Below are positions 18,711-26,121 of a stretch of DNA of 31,675 nucleotides, piece by piece. Each line of letters begins with the position of its first letter. Position 1 is the first letter of the stretch. This DNA is from Candidatus Kaiserbacteria bacterium (lineage in GTDB: Bacteria; Patescibacteriota; Minisyncoccia; Phycocordibacterales; Phycocordibacteraceae): contig JACOXQ010000028.1 of the NCBI GenBank assembly GCA_016182285.1, positions 1 through 31,675 on the forward strand, read 5' to 3'. Below the pieces are notes generated by a model. The model saw nothing but the letters and a program-made list of their open reading frames with translations, did not search any database and was not told where the DNA came from. Position numbers and translations under genes: made by a program.

Positions 18711-18739
18711 TTGTGTCTAGACAGACTTTACCATACACT
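18711..18739. promoter_or_regulatory. Overlapping divergent promoters for the hldC-like and gmhB-like genes
   Basis: Plus strand: TTGTGT (18711-16), 17 bp, TACACT (18734-39). Minus strand: extended -10 TGgTAAAGT at 18733-18725. Intergenic gap is only 54 bp. Confidence 0.5.
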
Positions 18740-18752
18740 AAAAGGCCTATAT

Positions 18753-19340
18753 ATGAAACAAGCAGTTTTTCTGGACCGGGAAGGCACGGTCATAACTTTG
18801 GGAGACGCTACCGGTCGCCTAAAAGACATCAAGCGCATGCGCCTATTACCAGGAGTGGCGAGTGCCATACGTCTGCTGAATAAGGCTGGTTTTGTGGTTA
18901 TCATACACACCAATCAGACCGTGGTCGCCTGGGGCCAGGTGTCTGAAAAGAAACTTCGGCATATACACGACGTGCTTTGTGAGCGATTGCGGAAGAAAGG
19001 AGCGCTGGTCGATGCGGTGTATTACTGCCCGCATCATCCCGAAGCCCCTCTGGAGAAATACCGCAAGGTGTGTAAATGCAGGAAACCAAAGGCCGGCATG
19101 ATGCTGGAGGCACTTAAGAAGTATCAGATAAAGGCCAGTCAAAGTTTTATGATAGGAGACAGCAGTAAGGATATTCTCGCAGGCAAGCGTGCAGGATTGC
19201 AGACGATATTGGTACAGACGGGCAATGCAGGCAAAGAGCGCGGAGCGGTGGCGGTAGAGCCCAACCATGTTGCAAAAGATCTTCTTGCCGCCGCTCACTA
19301 CATAAAAAATAAAAGCGCGTCCCGAAAGCTACGCGCTTGA
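18753..19340 (+). CDS. gmhB: HAD-IIIA phosphatase, D,D-heptose 1,7-bisphosphate phosphatase (GmhB)-like, with a DRE variant of motif I
   Basis: MKQAVFLDREGTV, TNQ, Zn site YYCPHHP...CKCRKPK.GM, motif IV MIGDSSKDILAG. Start ATG 18753 preferred over 18711. Confidence 0.85.
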   Translation: MKQAVFLDREGTVITLGDATGRLKDIKRMRLLPGVASAIRLLNKAGFVVIIHTNQTVVAWGQVSEKKLRHIHDVLCERLRKKGALVDAVYYCPHHPEAPLEKYRKVCKCRKPKAGMMLEALKKYQIKASQSFMIGDSSKDILAGKRAGLQTILVQTGNAGKERGAVAVEPNHVAKDLLAAAHYIKNKSASRKLRA

Positions 19341-19342
19341 AA

Positions 19343-19792
19343 TCATTCAATCCGAATTTCGTTCGGATCCAGAATCAGAACGACCGTATCTCTGTACGTT
19401 ATTCCTGGAATAAGTGGAGCGAGAATTTCAAAAGTATCTTGCTTGTGCTGATGGCGAGCCCCCTTGCTCTTATCCGGATGATAGACCCATCCGTCATAGC
19501 ACACACCCCTGAAGCACAACCGGCACTTAAAGATGAAGAAATCTTCCGTTAGGTCGGGGTGCCATTTGAGCCCGCAATAGTTTGGTTCTCGAACGAGGAT
19601 CGTACGAGTCCGTGGCGCAATGGAGACGTTCAGTGTTCCTGGATAACATCCTGAGAGATCCAGGCCTAGCTCCTTGAACAGCTGGATTTGCATCTTGATG
19701 GTGCTACCCCCGAAAGGGTTCTCCGTAGCCAGCCCTGAAGCGATTTTCCACCCCTTCACTACGATACCTTCAACTCTCTGCGAGAGACCCAT
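19343..19792 (-). CDS. Hypothetical 149-aa protein resembling the CTP-dependent riboflavin kinase (archaeal RibK) fold
   Basis: EGIVVKG N-terminus, ELGLDLSGCYPGTLNV (19642-19625) and EILAP...D.V C-terminus parallel RibK motifs recalled from memory. SD GGAG upstream; TTGACA at 19850-19845 on the minus strand. Confidence 0.6.
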   Translation of the reverse strand: MGLSQRVEGIVVKGWKIASGLATENPFGGSTIKMQIQLFKELGLDLSGCYPGTLNVSIAPRTRTILVREPNYCGLKWHPDLTEDFFIFKCRLCFRGVCYDGWVYHPDKSKGARHQHKQDTFEILAPLIPGITYRDTVVLILDPNEIRIE

Positions 19793-19885
19793 ATCAATTC
19801 TCCTGATTATGTCCTAAACATATATAACTGCAAAACTTAATATCTGTCAATAGTTTTTAGTTTCATCATGTCAGGAAACGTGTGG

Positions 19886-19894
19886 TGGTATAGT
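19886..19894 (+). promoter_or_regulatory. Extended -10 element (TGgTATAGT)
   Basis: TGnTAnnnT 19 nt before ATG 19914. Confidence 0.55.
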
Positions 19895-19913
19895 AACGAC
19901 ACTTTCCAACGGT

Positions 19914-20873
19914 ATGCGCTCCACTAAAAAAATCTTGATTATCGGCGACCTTATCCTTGACGTATTCCATCACGGCACATACATTGGTCAATCGTTGTCG
20001 CATGCAAAAACACCGGTAGCATTAAGCCGTTCCTCAACTTACACATGGGGTGGAGCCGGGTTTGTGGTGCGTAACATGTTGGCTCTCGGCGGCAAGATCT
20101 CTTTTATTTCGGCCCTCGGCAATGACGACTTTGCCGAACGAGCGAATCGCTTTACTCATCCCAACCTTAAAAAATTATTTCTCCACATTCCACACAAACC
20201 GACGACGGTTAAACAGCGCTTTTGGATGGGAGAAAAGAGCCTGCTCGGCTGGCATCAGTTTGACAACTCGTTCCTCTCAGAGACATTCGCACGCACATTG
20301 CTCGCGCGCGTGCGCGCTGAATTACCCTCCGTAAACAAAGTCGTTATTGCTGATTACCGGCACGGTCTCCTGTCACCAACGCTGGCTAAAAAAATAGTCG
20401 ACGAATGTGCACATCTGCATGTACCGCTTTATGTTGATTCACAAATTTCCTACGATAACACCGGCAATCATATTTGGTACAGAGGAGCGTCATTGTTTTG
20501 TCTGAATCAAAAGGAGGCTCGAAGCATCGATCCGCGATTTAATCAAAATAAACCGGAAACTTCGCTCCTTCGTCTTCAAAAGATGCTTGGAGCTCAAGAT
20601 ATTGTAATCAAACTTGGCGCACAAGGTTCCATTGCTTTGATAGGCGATGAGTACGTTAAAACCGTCGCACATAAGGTGCGTGAGGTAGACAGCACTGGGG
20701 CCGGGGACGCGTTTATCGCCGCTCTCGCACTTGGAGAAGCTCCACCGACACGCGAAGATTTGGAGCGAGCAAACCTCTGGGCCGCTCTTTCAACGACTAA
20801 AATAGGAACCGTCATTTCTCCTACATCTGAATTTAAAGCCCATCTTAAAAAGCACCTCTCACGTCGCCGTTGA
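19914..20873 (+). CDS. PfkB/ribokinase family sugar kinase, RfaE domain I / HldA-like
   Basis: ILIIGDLILD, WGGAGFV..N, TTVKQRF, IADYRHG, VIKLGAQG, VDSTGAGDAF. The RISPEAPVPV segment of canonical HldE is replaced by QSLSHAKTPVA. Confidence 0.82.
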   Translation: MRSTKKILIIGDLILDVFHHGTYIGQSLSHAKTPVALSRSSTYTWGGAGFVVRNMLALGGKISFISALGNDDFAERANRFTHPNLKKLFLHIPHKPTTVKQRFWMGEKSLLGWHQFDNSFLSETFARTLLARVRAELPSVNKVVIADYRHGLLSPTLAKKIVDECAHLHVPLYVDSQISYDNTGNHIWYRGASLFCLNQKEARSIDPRFNQNKPETSLLRLQKMLGAQDIVIKLGAQGSIALIGDEYVKTVAHKVREVDSTGAGDAFIAALALGEAPPTREDLERANLWAALSTTKIGTVISPTSEFKAHLKKHLSRRR

Positions 20874-20898
20874 CAGACCCTCTAAATTGGTTTAGAGT
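20870..20898 (+). promoter_or_regulatory. Sigma70-type promoter for the EEP gene
   Basis: TTGACA (20870-75, overlapping the kinase TGA stop), 17-bp spacer, TAGAGT (20893-98); SD GGAGGT at 20929-20934. Confidence 0.75.
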
Positions 20899-20939
20899 AG
20901 TCCTTGGACACTTTGAACAACTGACATCGGAGGTGCGTC

Positions 20940-21683
20940 GTGCGAGAGCTACATAACGGCCTTCGGGTCGTCACACTCAACATGGACTGGAACAAGAATC
21001 TTGGTCGGGTTCTGCCGTTCCTGTCGGACCGTCAAGCAGATGTTGTCTGCTTGCAAGAAGTGCGTGAAGACGCCCTTCCGGTCATCGCCGAGGCGGCCGG
21101 AAACTATTACTTCTATGCGCCTATGTGCGGAGGTAAGATACATGGAGCACCTAGCACAGTCGGCATCGCGATATTCTCGCGACTGCCACTTCTGCAGACG
21201 AAGGCACGCTATTACGTTGGTGCGGCTCACCGGATCGTTGAACTTGACGAACAAACGCTGGAGAGCCGTCGAGCGACGACCTATCGGGCACTTGCGTTCG
21301 GTGGCGTGCAAAGAGGCGATACGGTCTATCGTATCGTCACCACGCATTTCACCTGGACACCAGACGGGAAAGCGGATGAATTCCAACGGCACGACCTTCA
21401 AAAGATGCTTGGACTGTTGCAGAAAGAAGGCGAATATCTCTTGTGCGGGGACTTCAACGCGCCGCGCGGGGGTGAAATTTACAAGACCCTCTCGCAGAAA
21501 CTGAAGGACAATGTGCCAGCGCACTACGTCACCAGTATTGACCCGGAGCGCCATCGCATCAAAGGGCTCAAGTCAATGGTGGATGGTCTTTTCACCACTT
21601 CTGGGTACGTTGTCTCGGATGTGCGCTTGCATTTCGGGGTGAGCGACCATGGCGCATTAGAGGCCGTTGTGTCGCGAGAGTGA
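20940..21683 (+). CDS. Endonuclease/exonuclease/phosphatase (EEP) family hydrolase
   Basis: [31 protein letters not shown] and SDH are the full EEP catalytic set. GTG start with a good SD. Confidence 0.88.
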   Translation: MRELHNGLRVVTLNMDWNKNLGRVLPFLSDRQADVVCLQEVREDALPVIAEAAGNYYFYAPMCGGKIHGAPSTVGIAIFSRLPLLQTKARYYVGAAHRIVELDEQTLESRRATTYRALAFGGVQRGDTVYRIVTTHFTWTPDGKADEFQRHDLQKMLGLLQKEGEYLLCGDFNAPRGGEIYKTLSQKLKDNVPAHYVTSIDPERHRIKGLKSMVDGLFTTSGYVVSDVRLHFGVSDHGALEAVVSRE

Positions 21684-21693
21684 GCTACTTAAT

Positions 21694-21724
21694 ATGCCGT
21701 CGCGCAAGCGGCGGCATCTTTTTT
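21694..21724 (+). terminator. Intrinsic terminator after the EEP gene
   Basis: Stem ATGCCGTCGC / GCGGCGGCAT (one G-U pair) with a GCAA (GNRA) loop, followed by CTTTTTT. Confidence 0.82.
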
Positions 21725-21836
21725 GCAAAGATTTTCCCGATTGTTTAAACAGTATTGGTTCTGAAACCATAGCGCATAATGTTGGAGTTATATTAGGGAC
21801 AGTAAATCCGTATTTTCTGATTACTCTATTTTTTTG

Positions 21837-21845
21837 TGGTAACAT
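21837..21845 (+). promoter_or_regulatory. Extended -10 element (TGgTAACAT) of the phosphonate operon
   Basis: In the AT-rich 172-bp gap, 10 nt before ATG 21856. Confidence 0.45.
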
Positions 21846-21855
21846 ACCCACTTCT

Positions 21856-23181
21856 ATGAACATGAAATGCAAGAAAACGGTGTATGTCGCCATGAGCGCC
21901 GACTTGGTGCATCCGGGGCACCTGAACATTATTAAAGAAGGCGCGAAGCTCGGCGAGGTGACGGTTGGGCTTCTCACCGACGAAGCCATCGCGAGCTACA
22001 AGCGTCTGCCATATATGCCGTACTCGCAGCGTAAGGAGGTCGTGGAGAACATCAAGGGCGTCTCGCGTGTCATTCCGCAGGTGACGCTAGACTATCGTCC
22101 GAACCTGAAAAAGCTGAAGCCGGATTATGTCGTCCACGGTGATGATTGGAGGATGGGCGTCCAGCGCGAGACGCGCAAGCAGGTCATAGAGACACTTAAG
22201 AAGTGGGGCGGCAAGCTCGTGGAGCCGGAATACACGCGCAACATCTCATCAACGGCACTCAATAATGCGCTCAAAGAAATAGGGACGACACCCGACATCC
22301 GCCTGCGGCGATTCCGCCGTCTGATCGAGACGAAGCCCCAGATCCGCGGCATTGAGGTGCATAACGGTATTACCGGTCTTATCGTAGAGCATGTCTCGGT
22401 GACGAAGGGTAATAAACGAGAAGAGTTCGATTTTATGTGGCTTTCAAGCCTTACCGACTCCACCGCGAAGGGCAAGCCCGACACCGAGCTGGTGGACTCA
22501 ACGTCGCGCTTCAATACTATCCATGAGATATTGGAAATTACCACGAAGCCGATTATCTATGACGGCGACACCGGCGGACAGGCCGAACATTTCCCGTATC
22601 TGGTGCGCACACTTGAGCGCCTTGGCGTTTCCGGCGTCATTATTGAAGATAAACAAGGGCTCAAGAAGAATTCGCTCTTCGGCACCTCGGTCGCACAGCA
22701 TATGGCAGACCCACGACTTTTCAGTGAGAAGATACGCGAACGGAAGAAGGCGCAGGTGACACCCGACTTCCTCATCATCGCGCGGCTCGAGAGCATGATC
22801 GCCGGCAAGGGAGTCGCCGATGCCTTGAAGCGCGCCAAAATGTATATTGATGCAGGCGCGGACGGCATTATGGTCCACAGTAAGGAGAAGAGCCCCAAAG
22901 AAGTGCTCGAGTTCTGCAAGGAATACAAGAAGTTTAAGCGCAGAGTTCCGCTCATCGCCGTGCCGACGACCTACGACACCATCACAGAGAAGCAACTTGA
23001 AAAAGCCGGCGTGAACGTCGTGATTTATGCGAACCATCTGCTCCGAAGCGCGTATCCCGCGATGTTGAAGACGGCTGAACTCATTCTGACTCACGGCCGC
23101 GCATCAGAAGTGGCGGAATATTGCATGCCTATCTCGCAAATCCTGACGCTCATAGAGCGCAAAGGCAATGGTGCATCCTGA
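21856..23181 (+). CDS. pepM: Phosphoenolpyruvate mutase fused to an N-terminal HxGH cytidylyltransferase domain (Fom1/AepX-type architecture)
   Basis: N-terminal [14 protein letters not shown] (HPGH 21910-21921), LLTDEAI, VVHGDDW. C-terminal PEP mutase with WLSSL, DGDTGG and the diagnostic EDKx5NS motif [10 protein letters not shown] (22645-22674), [20 protein letters not shown]. Start ATG 21856 or 21862. Confidence 0.95.
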   Translation: MNMKCKKTVYVAMSADLVHPGHLNIIKEGAKLGEVTVGLLTDEAIASYKRLPYMPYSQRKEVVENIKGVSRVIPQVTLDYRPNLKKLKPDYVVHGDDWRMGVQRETRKQVIETLKKWGGKLVEPEYTRNISSTALNNALKEIGTTPDIRLRRFRRLIETKPQIRGIEVHNGITGLIVEHVSVTKGNKREEFDFMWLSSLTDSTAKGKPDTELVDSTSRFNTIHEILEITTKPIIYDGDTGGQAEHFPYLVRTLERLGVSGVIIEDKQGLKKNSLFGTSVAQHMADPRLFSEKIRERKKAQVTPDFLIIARLESMIAGKGVADALKRAKMYIDAGADGIMVHSKEKSPKEVLEFCKEYKKFKRRVPLIAVPTTYDTITEKQLEKAGVNVVIYANHLLRSAYPAMLKTAELILTHGRASEVAEYCMPISQILTLIERKGNGAS

Positions 23182-24301
23182 AAAATTCATTGAGTCGCTC
23201 CGCCGGAACGGCATCTCGTTCTTCTCCGGCGTTCCCGATTCACTGCTAAAAGACTTGCTTGCATATATCGAGCAGAATGTTCCCGCGTATGAGCGTATCA
23301 CCGCGGCGAACGAAGGCAATGCGATAGCGATAGCCGCCGGATACCATCTGGCGACCGGCAAGGTCGCCGCAGTATATATGCAAAATTCAGGTATCGGCAA
23401 CGCAGTCAACCCGCTGACCTCACTTGCGGACAAAGATGTGTATGCAATCCCAATGCTACTCATCATCGGGTGGCGCGGCGAGCCGGGTGTCAAGGACGAG
23501 CCGCAGCATAAGAAGCAGGGCCGGATTTCGGACAAACTGCTTGATGTTCTTGAAATTCCCCATGCGGTGCTTTCAAAAACGATGTCCGGCGAAGCAATCG
23601 CATCGGAAGTCGCGCGGCTTGCCGCCCTTTCGCGGACGGAAGGACGTCCGTGCGCGCTTTTGGTGAAGAGCGGGACATTTGAGGCGTATCCTATGCGCAA
23701 GCCCGTCGCCGAGGCTGGCTCTCTCGGCAGGGAAGAGGCGATTGGGTTGGTGCTCGATAGTTTGGATGGAGGTGAAATCGTCGTCAGTACGACGGGGAAG
23801 ATTTCGCGTGAATTATACGAAGAAAGAAAGAATCGCGGCGAGAGTTTCGGAAAAGATTTTTTGACGGTCGGTTCCATGGGTCATGCATCGCAAATTGCTT
23901 TGGGGATAGCGCATCAGAAAAAAGACAGGCAGGTGTATTGTCTGGACGGCGACGGCGCTACCATTATGCATATGGGCGGACTCGCCACCGCAGGTTGGAT
24001 GCATCCTAAAAACTTTAAACACATCGTTCTCAACAATCTTGCGCACGAATCGGTCGGAGGCCAGCCGTCTGCCGCGAGCATCGTAGATCTTCCGGGCGTT
24101 GCAAAAAACTGCGGATACGCATTCGCATCAACAGCCGCAACGAAGGAAGATCTGCCGCCGCGGCTCGCAGAGCTCAAAGAGAAGAACGGACCGGCTTTCC
24201 TAGAGATACGAGTGAATCTGGAATCCAGAAAAGACCTCGGTCGTCCGAAAGAAAGTCCGTTTGAGAACAAGAAGAAATTCATGGATTTTATCGGGAAATA
24301 A
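23168..24301 (+). CDS. ppd: Phosphonopyruvate decarboxylase (ThDP-dependent, single-chain)
   Basis: [65 protein letters not shown], ThDP motif [11 protein letters not shown]...NN; directly follows pepM with a 14-nt overlap. Confidence 0.95.
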   Translation: MVHPEKFIESLRRNGISFFSGVPDSLLKDLLAYIEQNVPAYERITAANEGNAIAIAAGYHLATGKVAAVYMQNSGIGNAVNPLTSLADKDVYAIPMLLIIGWRGEPGVKDEPQHKKQGRISDKLLDVLEIPHAVLSKTMSGEAIASEVARLAALSRTEGRPCALLVKSGTFEAYPMRKPVAEAGSLGREEAIGLVLDSLDGGEIVVSTTGKISRELYEERKNRGESFGKDFLTVGSMGHASQIALGIAHQKKDRQVYCLDGDGATIMHMGGLATAGWMHPKNFKHIVLNNLAHESVGGQPSAASIVDLPGVAKNCGYAFASTAATKEDLPPRLAELKEKNGPAFLEIRVNLESRKDLGRPKESPFENKKKFMDFIGK

Positions 24302-24312
24302 TCGTTGCCCGT

Positions 24313-25305
24313 ATGAAACAAACGGAATACATCGGCGCAGGAGAGCTCTCCAAACTCTCTGGCATCGTGCAGGATTTCGCACCCAGTAAAGTGTTTTTAA
24401 TAACAGGTAAGAGCTCATACATAGCGTCCGGCGCGACACAACTCGTTGAGCTCGCGCTCGCGGGAATAGATGTTTTGCATTATACCGACATTAGTGCATT
24501 ACCTCTCGACGAAGACATTAAAAAAGGAGTTATAGCGTATACATCTTTCAATCCAGACCTTGTTATCGCTGTCGGTGGCGGACACGTCATTGATATGACG
24601 AAATCTATTAACTTCCTGGCTGGTAAAAAACCGCTCGTAGCGATTCCGACTACAGCAGGCACTGGTAGCGAGGCGACCTCGTTTTCGGTCGTATACAAAA
24701 ACGGGCGCAAAACATCGCTTGAGAGTCCGGACATGCTGCCGATGTTCGCTATCGTGGACCCGAATCTCGCGATGAGCGTATCAAGAGAAACCGCTTTACC
24801 GAGTGCACTTGACGCGCTCTGCCAGGCGATAGAATCGTTCTGGTCAAACAAGGCGACGGAAGAGTCGCGCGGATACGCGCGGCAAGCACTCCAACTTATA
24901 TGGAAAAACATTATTCCGGCGATTGAAAAAAGAGACAGCGGCGCAATTACAGCATTGTGTATCGGGGCGCATCTGGCGGGGAAGGCCATTAACATTTCCA
25001 AAACTACCGCGTGTCATGCTTTTTCCTATGGACTCACGTATCGTTTCGGCGTCCCGCACGGCATCGCAGTTGCCCTATTCCTTCCGAGCGTATACCGGTA
25101 CAATAACGTCTCGGGTCTGTCGATGTCTCCAGAAGATATTGAAGGGCTGCTTAGAAGATTTGGCATAACGAACCTGTCGCAGTATGGGGTCAAACCATCC
25201 GACATTGCGATGCTTGCGGCGGAGGTCAATACTGAAAGATTGGGCAATAATCCGCGCGTAATCCGCGAAGGGGACATTATTAACTTTTTTCAGAAAATCG
25301 TATAG
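24313..25305 (+). CDS. Group III iron-containing alcohol dehydrogenase, probable phosphonoacetaldehyde reductase (PhpC/FomC-like)
   Basis: AVGGGHVID, IPTTAGTGSEAT, DALCQAIESFWS, TTACHAFSY...GVPHG; position directly after pepM-ppd. Confidence 0.85.
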   Translation: MKQTEYIGAGELSKLSGIVQDFAPSKVFLITGKSSYIASGATQLVELALAGIDVLHYTDISALPLDEDIKKGVIAYTSFNPDLVIAVGGGHVIDMTKSINFLAGKKPLVAIPTTAGTGSEATSFSVVYKNGRKTSLESPDMLPMFAIVDPNLAMSVSRETALPSALDALCQAIESFWSNKATEESRGYARQALQLIWKNIIPAIEKRDSGAITALCIGAHLAGKAINISKTTACHAFSYGLTYRFGVPHGIAVALFLPSVYRYNNVSGLSMSPEDIEGLLRRFGITNLSQYGVKPSDIAMLAAEVNTERLGNNPRVIREGDIINFFQKIV

Positions 25306-25308
25306 CGT

Positions 25309-26121
25309 ATGGAATCCATCAAAGAACTTCGCGTCAAATTGCAGACTAATGTTCTCGGACACCCGATTTTACAGCGCGTGCCCTCAATATATGTAACCCG
25401 TCTTTTTCTCCTGACAAGTATAACGGCCAATCAAATATCGGCTGTCATGATTATCGTCGGTATCATTTCAGGGGTGGTTATAGCATTCGGCTATATATGG
25501 TTAGGCCTCGCCCTTATTTATTTGAACTTAGTGCTTGATGCTGTTGATGGCGAACTCGCGCGCTATAAAAAAACATTTTCTATGCGCGGTGTCTATCTGG
25601 ACCTCGTTAATCATCTCGTGGTATTTGAAGCATTCTTTCTCGGACTCACGCTCGCGGTGTCAGAAGTATGGACGAGACCAAACTTCGTACTGCTGACTGT
25701 AGGGATTGTCGGCGCGCTTGCTATGTGCATGCGGCGAGCCATCGGAGACCTGCATCGCGTTCTTTTTGTCCGCTCTTATAGCGAGCATCCTGACCTATTT
25801 CGCATCCCGCCAACTTCTTCAGAGGCCAATACCGGAACCGCGTCGGGCGCCAAGCCTTCTTCGTTTCGAGTTCTGATGAAAAACATCCTTTGGTATCTTC
25901 ACGAATCACACGAGGGAGGATACATGATTGTCGTCCTCGTGATTGCATATGCCGCGGAACGTCTCCTTCTGCCCGGAGCGCTCCATTATCCGATTCTCTC
26001 CTGGGTCGTGCTCTATTACGGCGTGACGTTGTGCTTGTATCTGACTCGAGAGATTATCGGCGGATTCTACTCCATTGAGAGCCGCATTGCTTCTTTAAGA
26101 GACCGATTTGCCTCAAAATGA
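25309..26121 (+). CDS. CDP-alcohol phosphotransferase family membrane protein (variant motif)
   Basis: TANQIS, and DAVDGELAR-x8-GVYLD-LVN-H at 25537-25614 matches DxxDGxxAR...GxxxDxxxD except for the last residue; several TM segments. Confidence 0.85.
   Translation: MESIKELRVKLQTNVLGHPILQRVPSIYVTRLFLLTSITANQISAVMIIVGIISGVVIAFGYIWLGLALIYLNLVLDAVDGELARYKKTFSMRGVYLDLVNHLVVFEAFFLGLTLAVSEVWTRPNFVLLTVGIVGALAMCMRRAIGDLHRVLFVRSYSEHPDLFRIPPTSSEANTGTASGAKPSSFRVLMKNILWYLHESHEGGYMIVVLVIAYAAERLLLPGALHYPILSWVVLYYGVTLCLYLTREIIGGFYSIESRIASLRDRFASK

Noticed and set aside
15064-21724. Mobile element (IS, prophage, integron) explaining the central block
   Set aside because: No transposase, integrase, att-like direct repeat, terminal inverted repeat or attC-like site could be identified by eye.
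21667-21855. Possible extra N-terminal domain on PepM or a leader peptide
   Set aside because: This stretch contains the EEP stop, a terminator and an AT-rich promoter region; the open frame looks coincidental.
16318-25305. Calling the region a fosfomycin or other antibiotic biosynthetic cluster
   Set aside because: No Fom4 epoxidase, FomA/FomB resistance kinases, exporter or regulator is visible, and the context is glycosyltransferases; a structural phosphonate is more parsimonious.
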